From assembly GCA_034670305.1 (NCBI GenBank), contig JAXMNT010000011.1:32001-96000 (forward strand): a stretch of 64,000 bases of DNA, in the 5' to 3' direction. Below the pieces are notes generated by a model. It did no database searches and had not been told where the DNA came from. It saw only the letters and a list, made by a program, of their open reading frames with translations. This document shows, one piece after another, positions 49,155 through 58,796 of this stretch; positions within the stretch are counted from its first letter, which is position 1, and each line of letters opens with the position of its first letter. The DNA is from Deltaproteobacteria bacterium (GTDB lineage Bacteria; Myxococcota_A; Polyangia; Polyangiales; Houyiibacteriaceae). The translations under genes and the position numbers were made by a program.

Positions 49155-50632
49155 TGGCCTACGGACTGACACGACGTTCGCTGTTGCGCGGACTCGGGAC
49201 CGCAGCGCTCGCGTTGCCCGTGCTGGAACTGACCCGGTCCAAGGGCAGCGCGGCCAATGGCCGGCCGAACCGTTTCGTCCTGCTCTACGCAGGGATCTCC
49301 ACGAGCACCGACCGCGCGCCAGGGCAGGTGCTGCTCCGACCCGAACGCACCGGCACCGGCTACGACTTGCCTCGCGCGCTCACGCCACTCGGCTCCGGCA
49401 CCACCGCGTGGGGACAGCCGGGCTACGACGTGCAGGACGAGGTCAGCGTGGTGAGCGGACTGACGATCCCGTGGGGCGCCGATGGTGCGATCCCGCCGGG
49501 CGGCAAGTCGGTGCACTTCCACTACAACACCGCGGAACAACAGACCACGGGCATGCGCCGCGGCGACAACCGCGGCAGCGGTCCAGCCGCTTCGAGCGCG
49601 GATGTCATCGCGGCCGATGCGCTCGGCGAGACGACCCAGGGACACCTCAGCTACCGGGTGCAAGCGGCCCGCTACATCTCCGGATCGAACTCGAGCGGCG
49701 GCGGACTCGACGCGCTCTCGCTGCGCCGGCGCGCCGATGGTTCGCTCCAGTCGATCGATGCGACCACAAGCCCGCGCTTGGCCTACCGCTCGCTCTTCAG
49801 CGGCTTCGTACCGATGGACGAAGGCCGCGAAGAAGCGCTCCGCCGGTTGCGACAGCGGCGCGACATTCTGGCCGCGGTGCGCTCCCGCACGTCGAGCCTG
49901 ATCCCGCGGCTCGGCATGTCGGACCAGCGCCGCATCCAGCAACACCTCGAAGAACTCAACCGCCTCGAAGGGCGGCTCGCGATGATGCCGGAGCCCGGCA
50001 TGGGCGCCTGCGTCGTGCCCACCGATCCTGGCGAGGATCCGCCGATCGCGGACGGACACAACACCCTCGAGAACGGCAACGTCGACTACACGCCGAGCCG
50101 TGCGTGGAGCGAAGAGACGCTGCGCGGCGAGACCATGATCGACATGGTCCGCATGGCGCTCACCTGCGACCTCGCGCGTTCGGTGGGTTTCCGCATCTCG
50201 CTCGACCAGACGTTCCTCAACGCGCAGCAGGCGGTCGGCGTCGCGAACGACATGCACAACACCACGCACTCGGGCACGGCGGACGACTGCTCCGACGCGC
50301 TCGCGTGGCACGTGTCGTTCTTCGCGCGCCTCGTCGCCGGTCTGCGGGACACCGAGGAGGTCGATGGCTCGTCGCTCCTCGACCACACGACCGTCGTCTT
50401 GTTGTTCGAAGGTGGCCACGGCCACGATCCTGAGGGCGTGCAGGACAACCGCGCCCACAGCACCGAGAACATGTCGGCGCTGATCGCGGGCCGGGTCGGC
50501 GGACTGCAGGGCGGACGGCACATCGCGACCGATCGCGCGCACCCGGCGCGGGTGGTGGCGTCCGCGCTCTCGGCGGTGGGTCTCGAAGACAGCCTCGGCG
50601 AGATCAGCGGACGCATCGACGGTCTGTTCTGA
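49154..50632 (+). CDS. DUF1552 family protein with Tat-like signal
   Basis: LTRRSLLRGLG...ALPVLE, ALTCDLAR and SLLDHT; directly follows the DUF1592 gene. Confidence 0.85.
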   Translation: MAYGLTRRSLLRGLGTAALALPVLELTRSKGSAANGRPNRFVLLYAGISTSTDRAPGQVLLRPERTGTGYDLPRALTPLGSGTTAWGQPGYDVQDEVSVVSGLTIPWGADGAIPPGGKSVHFHYNTAEQQTTGMRRGDNRGSGPAASSADVIAADALGETTQGHLSYRVQAARYISGSNSSGGGLDALSLRRRADGSLQSIDATTSPRLAYRSLFSGFVPMDEGREEALRRLRQRRDILAAVRSRTSSLIPRLGMSDQRRIQQHLEELNRLEGRLAMMPEPGMGACVVPTDPGEDPPIADGHNTLENGNVDYTPSRAWSEETLRGETMIDMVRMALTCDLARSVGFRISLDQTFLNAQQAVGVANDMHNTTHSGTADDCSDALAWHVSFFARLVAGLRDTEEVDGSSLLDHTTVVLLFEGGHGHDPEGVQDNRAHSTENMSALIAGRVGGLQGGRHIATDRAHPARVVASALSAVGLEDSLGEISGRIDGLF

Positions 50633-50666
50633 GTCCCCAGCCGTGTAGCCCGCGGTAGCCTTCGCC

Positions 50667-51839
50667 ATGTCGCTCATCGACTCGCTCTTCCGTCCGCTGA
50701 CGGGTCGTACGTTTCTTGAGACGCACTGGGGGGTTCGGGTGGCGCGGTTTCGGCCCGACTGGCCGCTTGCGTCCGACGACGCGCTCACGTCGGAGGCATG
50801 GCGGCGGCTCCCTGCGCTGGAGTACATCGACGCGGCGGGGCGGGACGGACAGGACCAGCACACACAGGTTCGCGTCCGCCGAGAGGACATCGCGGCGGTC
50901 CTCGAACGTGGGGACACGGTCTGCGCCGACCTCACCCACCACGCACCGGTCGTGCGCGTGCTCTCGGACCTGCAACGCGCGCTCGGACTGGGCGTCGGAG
51001 GGTTCGCCAAACTCTACGCGAGCCCGCCCGGTGCGGGGTTTCCGCTGCATCTGGATCCACACCACGTGTTCGTCCTGCAGTGCCAAGGGGAGAAGCGCTG
51101 GCGGCACGGCATGGAGCCGGCCGTACCCTACTCTCGCGAGAACGCGAAACGCGACGCGGAAGGGCGCGCGGTGTTCAGCGGACGCTACGAAGGGGTCGCG
51201 CTGCGGGGAGGTCACGGGACCGTGGATGCGCCAGGCGTCGACGACTTGGTCGAGACGGTGCTGCGGCCAGGCGACGCGCTCTACCTGCCGCCCGGGACCT
51301 GGCACGAGGCCGAGGCCTGCTCCCATTCCGTCGCGGTCAGCCTCAGCCCGCCGCGCATGCACGCGTACGACTTGGTGCTGCGGTGGCTGGAAGCGCAGTC
51401 GCTCGCACGCCCGGAGTGGTTCGTCGACCGCGTCGCCGCCGAGTCGGACCGCGACTCGGTACAGCCGGTCCTCCACGACATCGTGGAGGCCTTGCAGGCG
51501 CTCGACCCAGCCGTGCTCGAGCAGCAGTGGATGATGCGGGTCGCCGAAGGTCAGACGTCTGGTCCGCCATCAGCGGGTCCCGCGATCGAGAAGTCGACTT
51601 GGCTCGTGCGCGAGGAAGCGATCCCCTGGTTCGAAACCGAGGGGGCGCTCGTGTTCGCCGCGGCCGGGGTGGAGTGGCGGCTGCCGGTCGCGGCACGCCC
51701 CTTCCTGAGCAAGCTGGTGTCGTGCACCCGCTTCCGGGCAGACGAAGTCCTCGCGTGGGATCCACAGCTCGGTTGGGACGATGCACGCGCGTTGCTCCAG
51801 GAGCTGCGCGACGCAGGGGTCTTGTCCGTCTCGCTGTGA
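50667..51839 (+). CDS. JmjC/cupin_4 2-oxoglutarate-Fe(II) oxygenase
   Basis: LYASPPGAGFPLHLD...LQCQGEKRW and LRPGDALYLPPGTWH. Confidence 0.9.
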   Translation: MSLIDSLFRPLTGRTFLETHWGVRVARFRPDWPLASDDALTSEAWRRLPALEYIDAAGRDGQDQHTQVRVRREDIAAVLERGDTVCADLTHHAPVVRVLSDLQRALGLGVGGFAKLYASPPGAGFPLHLDPHHVFVLQCQGEKRWRHGMEPAVPYSRENAKRDAEGRAVFSGRYEGVALRGGHGTVDAPGVDDLVETVLRPGDALYLPPGTWHEAEACSHSVAVSLSPPRMHAYDLVLRWLEAQSLARPEWFVDRVAAESDRDSVQPVLHDIVEALQALDPAVLEQQWMMRVAEGQTSGPPSAGPAIEKSTWLVREEAIPWFETEGALVFAAAGVEWRLPVAARPFLSKLVSCTRFRADEVLAWDPQLGWDDARALLQELRDAGVLSVSL

Positions 51840-51885
51840 GGCGATCGAGGCGCGGGTGACTCCAACCGCTCGGTGCGCTCGCAGC

Positions 51886-52224
51886 CTGCCCCTTGCCCCT
51901 GCCCTTGCCTTTGCCCTTGCCCGCGGATCAGCGGTGAGATCGCTTGATCAGCGCGACGAGCATCGCGACGACCTGCTCAAGGTGGGCGAGAGCCCGTTCG
52001 ATATTGCTGGTCTCTCGCGGGGTTCCTGCGGGGGGCCCTGGGAAACGGCTCTGCAGCAGAGCCTCCCGCGCGAGAGACAATATCGGGCCTCGATGCCTCG
52101 GCCCGACGGTCCGTGATTTCGAGCGAGGAGACGACCTCGATCGCTCCGATTCGCGGTCTCGCCGTCGCGAAACACACGGCGTCCACGATGCGGGCAAGGG
52201 CACGGGCAAGGGCAACGGCAAGGG
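51886..52224. repeat. Inverted hexamer arms (CCTTGC)n at 51886-51922 and (GGGCAA/GGGCAC)n at 52192-52224
   Basis: Read directly; the arms are near reverse complements. Confidence 0.9.
51928..52186 (-). pseudogene. Decayed four-helix-bundle (23S rRNA IVS/Avd-like) gene, 3' half
   Basis: FATAR..GAIEVVSSLEI in one frame and ERALAHLEQVVAMLVALIKR-stop in another resemble the last two helices of this family. Confidence 0.55.
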
Positions 52225-52248
52225 AGCAGGTCGCTTTTCAGCGACCTG

Positions 52249-52740
52249 CTAGGGCGCGGGCGAACAGGACCCGTCGATGAGGCCACAGCTCAGGAAGGTT
52301 CGGCTGGGAATGCACTCCCCACCGCACGGAGTGCGGTCGTAGAAGACCTCGATCACTTCCCCGTCCCGTTCTTCCCCGACACGCATGTGACCGCTCCCCG
52401 CCGCGTCGAAGACCCACTGCTGCAAGTCCACCGGATCGAGCGCGCTGTCGCCCATCGGCCGCGGCACACCCCAGGACAAATCCGCCTGCTGAAACCCGTC
52501 GGCGCAACGATGCGCGCAACCACAACCCGAGACGAGCGGCAGGCATCGGCGCGACTGCGGCACGCCCGTGGGCGGCGTGGGAGGCTCGGCTTGGCTCGTT
52601 TGCACCACGGGCGCTTCGGCGGGTGCCTCTTCGGGCGCTTCGTCGGGAGGCGGTTCCGAGGTCGAGGTCGCCCCGTGACCGCTCGGGCCACAGGCCATGA
52701 GGAGACACCCGAACCACCCAGCGAAGTACAACGAGCGCAT
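52249..52740 (-). CDS. Small Cys-rich lipoprotein
   Basis: LLMAC lipobox, Pro/Glu linker and CLPLVSGCGCAHRC. Confidence 0.7.
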   Translation of the reverse strand: MRSLYFAGWFGCLLMACGPSGHGATSTSEPPPDEAPEEAPAEAPVVQTSQAEPPTPPTGVPQSRRCLPLVSGCGCAHRCADGFQQADLSWGVPRPMGDSALDPVDLQQWVFDAAGSGHMRVGEERDGEVIEVFYDRTPCGGECIPSRTFLSCGLIDGSCSPAP

Positions 52741-52867
52741 GGCCAGCGTACGTCGGTCCGGACGGTTCCTTCCGTGCGCAGGGGTCGATGGACCCAGTCC
52801 GCTGGTGCCGGCGGCATGGATGGTTTCAGTCACGGCGTCCACGGCTTGGGTTGCTCACCGAGCGCAC

Positions 52868-53671
52868 TCACGTCTCGAGTGCTCGCCGCACCGCTTCGAA
52901 CTGCTCCACCGACAACGTCTCCCCGCGCGCGCTCGGATCGATGCCCACGGCTTGCATGGCGTCGTCGGCACCCTCGATGGACTTCCACGCGTTGTGCAGC
53001 GTCTTGCGGCGCGCGCCGAACGCCGCCTTCACGAGTTGTTTGAACTGCGGGTGTTCCGGATCGGCCCGTGGTGTCGGGAGCGGAATCAGCCGCACCACTG
53101 CGCTGGTCACGCGCGGCGGCGGATGGAACGCGTCGGGCGGCACGATGCGCACCATCTGCACCGCGTAGACGGCGGTCAGGAACACGGTGGGGGCGCCGTA
53201 GGTCTTCGAACCCGGTTCCGCGGCCCAGCGCTCCGCGACCTCCTGCTGAACCATGACCACCGCGCGTTCGATGTCCTTCGACTGCGCCACGACACGACGG
53301 AGGATCGGGCCGGTGATCGCGTAGGGGAGGTTGCCGATCAAGAGCGCGGGCGGGTCGAGGTGATCTCGCACGCAGAGTTTCACCGCGTCCGAGGCGACCA
53401 CCTTCGCGCCCGGCACCTCGGTCCGCAGGATCTCGACCATGCGAGGGTCTTTCTCGAGCGCCGTCACGGTGGCGCCGCGCCGCTCGAGGGCGCTGGTCAA
53501 CGTGCCGACGCCCGGACCGATCTCGAGCACGTGCCGGCCGTCGATCTCCCCGAGCGCACGCGCGATGAACTCGACGTGTTCCTGCGACACCAGGAAGTTC
53601 TGAGAGAACTTCTTGTTCGCTCGAATGCCGTGTCGCGAGAGGACCGTGCGTGGATCCTGCCAGGCGCTCAT
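52868..53671 (-). CDS. rsmA: 16S rRNA m6,2A dimethyltransferase RsmA/KsgA
   Basis: KKFSQNFL, LEIGPGVGTLT, GNLPYAIT, MVQQEVA, FHPPPRVTS and FGARRKTL. Confidence 0.95.
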   Translation of the reverse strand: MSAWQDPRTVLSRHGIRANKKFSQNFLVSQEHVEFIARALGEIDGRHVLEIGPGVGTLTSALERRGATVTALEKDPRMVEILRTEVPGAKVVASDAVKLCVRDHLDPPALLIGNLPYAITGPILRRVVAQSKDIERAVVMVQQEVAERWAAEPGSKTYGAPTVFLTAVYAVQMVRIVPPDAFHPPPRVTSAVVRLIPLPTPRADPEHPQFKQLVKAAFGARRKTLHNAWKSIEGADDAMQAVGIDPSARGETLSVEQFEAVRRALET

Positions 53672-55410
53672 GGCTTCGCCCGTCCCGTCCGCGTGGGTCC
53701 CTTCGTCGCTGGCCCCGACGTCGCCGATCCCAGCATCGCGGGTCCTGGCGGCGCGGACGTCGGCCGTTTGCCACGTGCCACCGTCGCGCGAATGCCATGG
53801 CGCGCCAACATGGTGCGGGCCTGGCGCAGCCGCTCGGCTTCGGCTCGCCCGAAGATGGTGGTGAGGTCTGTTGTCAGTTGCGCCCCGTCCGACGGCTCGA
53901 GGAACGTACGCGCGTCCGGCAAGACGAACTGGACCGTGTGCCCGTGGGCGCGCGCCAAGCGAAGCGCGGTGGCCAAGGTCTCGGCCGAGTCGTGAGTCGC
54001 GGTGCTGGCAGTGGGAACCGCGGTGCTGGCTTCGGGAGTCGCAGCGGCGGTTCCGAGCGCCGAGAGCGTCATCGCGTCGAAGTCGGTGCACACCAGGATC
54101 GAACTCGGCGTGCGGGCCTGCGCCACCCAGGTGAGCGACGCGATGAGCGCGTCGGTCTTCTCGTGTTCGATGGGGTGCGCCAGATGTGGAAGCGGCAAAC
54201 CACGCGTGCGGCAGAACCGGCGGAGGGTGCGCGAACCCCGGTCGGCGGCGAGGATCTCCCGTTCGCTGGCGCGTTTGTCGCGGTCCTCCCGCACGAGCCC
54301 ACGCTCGACGTGCGTGATGAGCCCGGCGAGGTCCACGTTCGATCCGCGCCCGAAGTCGATGCCGTCTTGGCGGCGCACGTAGCGCGCGACCTGGGCGACC
54401 AGCGATGCTTCGGAGAGATCGGTGAGATCGGCGTCCACGAGTTCGGTGAGCGAGAGCAACGCTTCGTAGATTCGGATGCGGTGCGCCGCGCCTTCTCCAA
54501 GCGGCACCTGGGTCACGATGCGGCGGTCGAACGCCACCAGTCCCACCCGGTCTCCGGCTTTGACCGCATCGGTGGCTTCCATCGCGGCGAGATCGATCGC
54601 GTGGTCGAGCTTGCGGGAGCCGAGCGGTCCGCCCCGCATCGTCCCGCTGACATCGAGCACGAGCCACCGCGCTTCTTGCACTTCCTGCTCGACCTCTTTG
54701 ACCATCAGCCGGCCGCGGCGAGCGCTCGCCTTCCAGGCGATGGCTTTGAACGGATCCCCGGACTGGTGCTCGCGCAGTTCGTGCAGTTCGGTGCCGCCGC
54801 CGCGGCGTCGCACCATCGTGTGTCCCGCGCGTTCAACCGCCGCCGCTCGCGGCGCACGTGCGGCGGACCGGCGGCGGGCCGCGGCGCGCGGGAGCACTTT
54901 GATCACCAGCGGGTTCGGGAAGTAGAGCGCGGTGCGGAAGAGGCCGAGTGGACCGCGCACGGTGATGGCGAGCCCATGGAGGACCACACGGCCCACGGCG
55001 GCGGCGCGCAGGGACATAGTGAACTCGGTGCGGGTGCGTTCGCCGAGCTGCACGCATTGCGGTGTGCGCAGCACCGTGACGTTCGGGCCGACGATCGGTT
55101 CGAGCGAGTCCACCGAGATGTCGCCGCTCCCGCGGTGGCGCACATAGCAACGGACCAGAAACTCCACGCCCGGTACGACGGCGCCACTCGCGGCGCCGGT
55201 CCCGTGGTCGAGCCACCACGCGAACTCCAGGCGCTGCCGTCGCAGGTCGCGCCCCTTCGGGCGGCTGGCGGCGAGTGCCCACGCGAGCCCGATGAAGCCG
55301 GCGTTCGCGATGGCCACGAGGCCGGCCGTGGAAGTGGTCAGGCCGATGAGCGCCATGATCAGCAACCCGACGAAACTCGCGATCGCGGCGCGGGTTGGGA
55401 TCGGCAGCAT
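53668..55410 (-). CDS. DUF58 domain protein
   Basis: ELHELREHQSGD..IAWKASAR, LDVSGTM and GDRVGL. Confidence 0.9.
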   Translation of the reverse strand: MLPIPTRAAIASFVGLLIMALIGLTTSTAGLVAIANAGFIGLAWALAASRPKGRDLRRQRLEFAWWLDHGTGAASGAVVPGVEFLVRCYVRHRGSGDISVDSLEPIVGPNVTVLRTPQCVQLGERTRTEFTMSLRAAAVGRVVLHGLAITVRGPLGLFRTALYFPNPLVIKVLPRAAARRRSAARAPRAAAVERAGHTMVRRRGGGTELHELREHQSGDPFKAIAWKASARRGRLMVKEVEQEVQEARWLVLDVSGTMRGGPLGSRKLDHAIDLAAMEATDAVKAGDRVGLVAFDRRIVTQVPLGEGAAHRIRIYEALLSLTELVDADLTDLSEASLVAQVARYVRRQDGIDFGRGSNVDLAGLITHVERGLVREDRDKRASEREILAADRGSRTLRRFCRTRGLPLPHLAHPIEHEKTDALIASLTWVAQARTPSSILVCTDFDAMTLSALGTAAATPEASTAVPTASTATHDSAETLATALRLARAHGHTVQFVLPDARTFLEPSDGAQLTTDLTTIFGRAEAERLRQARTMLARHGIRATVARGKRPTSAPPGPAMLGSATSGPATKGPTRTGRAKP

Positions 55411-55412
55411 CG

Positions 55413-56387
55413 TTATCCGTGGCGGGGCGGCACTTGGCCGAGCGCCTGTTGCACGAGCCGCTCGGGCGAGACGCCTTCCATCTCGGCTTCGGGCGTGAGC
55501 ACGAGTCGATGGGCGAGCACGGGCACCGCCAGCTCCCGGATGTCGTCTGGCAACACGAACGAGCGGCCGCGGATCAACGCGAGCGCGCGCGCCGCGCGGA
55601 TGAGTGCGAGCGAGGCGCGCGGGGAGACGCCGAGGAAGAGGCGCGCATGTTCGCGCGTGAACGCGGCGAGTCGAACCACGTAGTCGAGCACCTCGTCCTC
55701 CACGTGGATCGAGTCGACGAGCGACTGCAGCCGCAGGACGTCTTCGGGCGCGAGCACGGTGGCGGCGGCAGGGGTCGACGAGAGGAACCGGCGCAGGATG
55801 CCGCGCTCTTGTTGCGCGTCGGGGTACCCGATGATCAGGCGCACGAGGAACCGGTCGATCTGCGCTTCGGGGAGCGGGTAGGTGCCCGCCTGTTCGACCG
55901 GGTTCTGCGTCGCGAGCACCAGGAAGGGGGAGGGCAGCTGGTGGGTGTCGCCTTCGATGGTGACCTGCTGCTCCTGCATCGCCTCCAGAAGCGCGCTCTG
56001 GGTCTTCGCGGGGGCGCGGTTGATCTCGTCGCCGAGCACGATGTTGGCGAAGATGGGACCGGGCCGCAGCTGGAAGGTCCCTTCCTTCGGAGAGAGCACG
56101 AAGGTGCCCGTGATGTCCGCCGGCAGCAGGTCCGGCGTGAACTGAATCCGGCGAAACGTGCAGCCGAGGGTGGCCGCGAACGCTTTGACCAGCGTCGTCT
56201 TGGCGACGCCGGGCACACCTTCGAGCAGCGCGTGACCGCGGGCCAAGAGGCTGACCAGAAGCAACTCCGGCACTTCGCGGGGGCCCACATAGACCGCGTG
56301 GACTTCGCGGATGACTCGACCGGTGAGTTCGAGCGCTTCTTGAAGGACGGCGTCGGGCAGAGAGTGGACGGTGGCGGGCTCGGTCAA
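55413..56387 (-). CDS. moxR: MoxR-family AAA+ ATPase
   Basis: LEGVPGVAKT, RIQFTPDLLPAD, DEINRAPAKTQSALLEAM and ATQNP. Confidence 0.95.
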   Translation of the reverse strand: MTEPATVHSLPDAVLQEALELTGRVIREVHAVYVGPREVPELLLVSLLARGHALLEGVPGVAKTTLVKAFAATLGCTFRRIQFTPDLLPADITGTFVLSPKEGTFQLRPGPIFANIVLGDEINRAPAKTQSALLEAMQEQQVTIEGDTHQLPSPFLVLATQNPVEQAGTYPLPEAQIDRFLVRLIIGYPDAQQERGILRRFLSSTPAAATVLAPEDVLRLQSLVDSIHVEDEVLDYVVRLAAFTREHARLFLGVSPRASLALIRAARALALIRGRSFVLPDDIRELAVPVLAHRLVLTPEAEMEGVSPERLVQQALGQVPPRHG

Positions 56388-57712
56388 GTCGTTCCCTGGC
56401 TTGCGGAGTGCGGGGGGCCGGACAGTGTGACCAGCTCGGCCACGATTCGTTCCCCGCTATCTACCATGCGTTGTACGTCCTTGGGGGACGGGCGCGGGGG
56501 ACCGGGCGGGAGGTCGGCTCGGCGCCGAAGGTCGTCCAGTTCCAGGAGCAGCGCGCGCAGTGCTTCCCGGTGCGCGGCCGAGAGTCCGCGCGCTTCGGCC
56601 GCGATCAACACCTCGCGCAAGAGCGGCCCGCGGTCCGGGCTCGACACCTCGAGTCCGAGATGGCGGATCAAGAACCCCTCGAGCTCGAACTTGAACACCA
56701 GCAGGGGGTGGAGCAGTTCCCGCTGCTTGCGCCCGAAGAACGCAATCCGTCCGGCCAAGCCGCCGCCCGAAGAGAGGCCCAACATGGCGCCGGTCAGGTA
56801 CGGGGACCGCCGCGGCAGACTCGACACCACGAAGATGAGCGAGATGGTGACCACCACGAGACTGGTGAGGAGCAGCGCGATCGGCGGCGCGTCGGCGTGG
56901 GCGAAGTCGTCCAGCCATCCGCGCAGACTCTCCAGGGATGCATCGCGCGAGCCGGCTTGTCCGATGAGCCGCACGTCGGGCGGCACCAGGTACACCCGAC
57001 CCGGTGGCGCCGCCGGGTCTCGACTGGCTCCGAGATAGGCCAGCAGGTTCTCCGCGAACCGCCGGTTGTCGCGGAACTGGAGCATGTTGTTGATGAGGAT
57101 GCTCGGGTCGCCGATCGACACCAACCGGCCACGCTCGACGGCGCCTGCCAGCACCAACGCACTCTGCCCCTCACCGAACCCGATGATGGGCCGCAGCGTG
57201 TCGTGGCGAAGGCCGGTCGGGTGGTTGGTGACGATGGTGTCGACATCGCGGGTCAGCGGGTGACGCAGTTGCGGCAGGGCCAGGGGCAATTCGGGGTTGC
57301 CCCGCACTCGGGAGAGCGTGTCCTGAGGCGCCGACCGGACGATTCCGTAGACCACGAAGAACTCGTCCGCCTGCCCGAAGTCGTCCGCAATCGCGAGTCG
57401 GCCGCCTCGCCGGACGAACCGACCAAGCGATTCGGAGGGCAACCTGCGGGTCGGATAGACCACCAAGAGGGCGTCGTTCACCCCCAACGTGTCCACGTCG
57501 ATCTCCTCGGGCGAGTCGACGGTCACCCCCGCTGCGTCCGCCGCTCCCAGGAGGTCCGACAGGCCGTTCCACCCCGTGTTCGTCAGGCTGTAGTCTGAAT
57601 CATCCGCGTCCGCAGACAGGGACAATGGGCCCGACGCGTAGACCAGCAGAGCCGCCAATCCGAGCAGGATCGGGAGCCTGAGTCGCGTGGTTCTTGTCAC
57701 AGGGGGCGCCAT
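56384..57712 (-). CDS. DUF4350-like membrane protein
   Basis: DYSLTNTGWNGLS, FVRRGGRLAIADD, GRLVSIGDPSILINNML and TM segments; precedes moxR. Confidence 0.8.
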   Translation of the reverse strand: MAPPVTRTTRLRLPILLGLAALLVYASGPLSLSADADDSDYSLTNTGWNGLSDLLGAADAAGVTVDSPEEIDVDTLGVNDALLVVYPTRRLPSESLGRFVRRGGRLAIADDFGQADEFFVVYGIVRSAPQDTLSRVRGNPELPLALPQLRHPLTRDVDTIVTNHPTGLRHDTLRPIIGFGEGQSALVLAGAVERGRLVSIGDPSILINNMLQFRDNRRFAENLLAYLGASRDPAAPPGRVYLVPPDVRLIGQAGSRDASLESLRGWLDDFAHADAPPIALLLTSLVVVTISLIFVVSSLPRRSPYLTGAMLGLSSGGGLAGRIAFFGRKQRELLHPLLVFKFELEGFLIRHLGLEVSSPDRGPLLREVLIAAEARGLSAAHREALRALLLELDDLRRRADLPPGPPRPSPKDVQRMVDSGERIVAELVTLSGPPHSASQGTT

Positions 57713-57754
57713 TGTTATAGTGCGGGCAACTCCACCCTTACCCCGTGGTCAACC

Positions 57755-57913
57755 ATGCTCCCTCCGTTCATCATCGATCAAATTCGAAAACGCGAGCAGG
57801 AAGAAATCCAGATCCAGCCGGTTGTGGAGCTTCCCATCCCACCGCGTCCGCCGGCAGATCGAAGCTCAGAAGAGTCGGATCGGGGCGTCGTCGTCATCGA
57901 CTTGATGGGCTGA
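57755..57913 (+). CDS. Small protein (52 aa, not in the ORF track)
   Basis: MLPPFIIDQIRKREQEEIQIQPVVELPIPPRPPADRSSEESDRGVVVIDLMG; divergent from DUF4350. Confidence 0.65.
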   Translation: MLPPFIIDQIRKREQEEIQIQPVVELPIPPRPPADRSSEESDRGVVVIDLMG

Positions 57914-58796
57914 GTTCGACCGAGGTCCGTCCGCGGATCACGTCGCTCCAGACCCCTTCCAGTTCTTCGGCCCGGAACCCACGGCCTTCGACGTGCGCGC
58001 CCGTCGTCTCGCGGGTTTGAATCGCGTAGACCCGGCCCCCGGCCACGCCGAGCACCTCCCCGCAGACCGAACTCGACCCGTCCCGGGTCAGAAAGTCGTA
58101 GAGCGCCGCCGCGTGCGCCGGCGCCATCGAGTCGCCGCCGATCCCCTGGAAGATGGGCAGGTCCTCGGTCAAACGGGTGCGGGCCATCGGAACCACGACG
58201 TTCACGCGGATGTTCCGACGCCGCAGCTCCAGCGCGGCGCAGCGCGCGTAGGCGACCAGTGCGCCCGAGGCCGCGGCTTCGGCGGCGCGCCGGGCGGTCC
58301 CGAAGAACCCGGTTCGGCTCGAGGAGAGCACGATCGATCCGCCCTCGGGCATGTGCTGCGCGCTTGCGCAGACGAGCTCGACCGATGCGAGGAACTGAGT
58401 CTGCATCGTGGGTTCGATGTCGGCGGGGCTGAGTTTCTGAACGCTGCGTTCGACCCGAATGCCGGCACAGGCGATCGCTGCCTGCAGGCCGCCGAACCGT
58501 TCGACGGTCTGCTCCACGATGCGCGTGGTCGTCCCAGCGACCGCGATGTCCGCGTGGTGTACCGCGACCGTGGCGCCGCCCTTGCGGAGAGTCTCCCCGA
58601 AGGCTTCGAGTTCGTTCGGGTCCGGATTCTCACCGGTGAGGGAGACGCCGGAGTCCACGAGCGCGAGGGGAACGGCGCGGGCAGCGAGCGCTTCGGCGAC
58701 CGCGCGACCGATGCCGCGCGCGGCGCCGGTGACGATGGCCGCGCCCTGATCGCTGCGGGGTTCGGATTCGGGTTTCACCGGATCGCGGGGCATCAC
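57894..58796 (-). CDS. SDR-family oxidoreductase-like protein lacking YxxxK
   Basis: VTGAARGIG, FGGL...CAGI and NIRVN; EAAAS at the YxxxK position. Confidence 0.85.
   Translation of the reverse strand: MMPRDPVKPESEPRSDQGAAIVTGAARGIGRAVAEALAARAVPLALVDSGVSLTGENPDPNELEAFGETLRKGGATVAVHHADIAVAGTTTRIVEQTVERFGGLQAAIACAGIRVERSVQKLSPADIEPTMQTQFLASVELVCASAQHMPEGGSIVLSSSRTGFFGTARRAAEAAASGALVAYARCAALELRRRNIRVNVVVPMARTRLTEDLPIFQGIGGDSMAPAHAAALYDFLTRDGSSSVCGEVLGVAGGRVYAIQTRETTGAHVEGRGFRAEELEGVWSDVIRGRTSVELSPSSR

Noticed and set aside
51886-52224. Diversity-generating retroelement
   Set aside because: No reverse transcriptase and no TR/VR pair differing at adenines in the window
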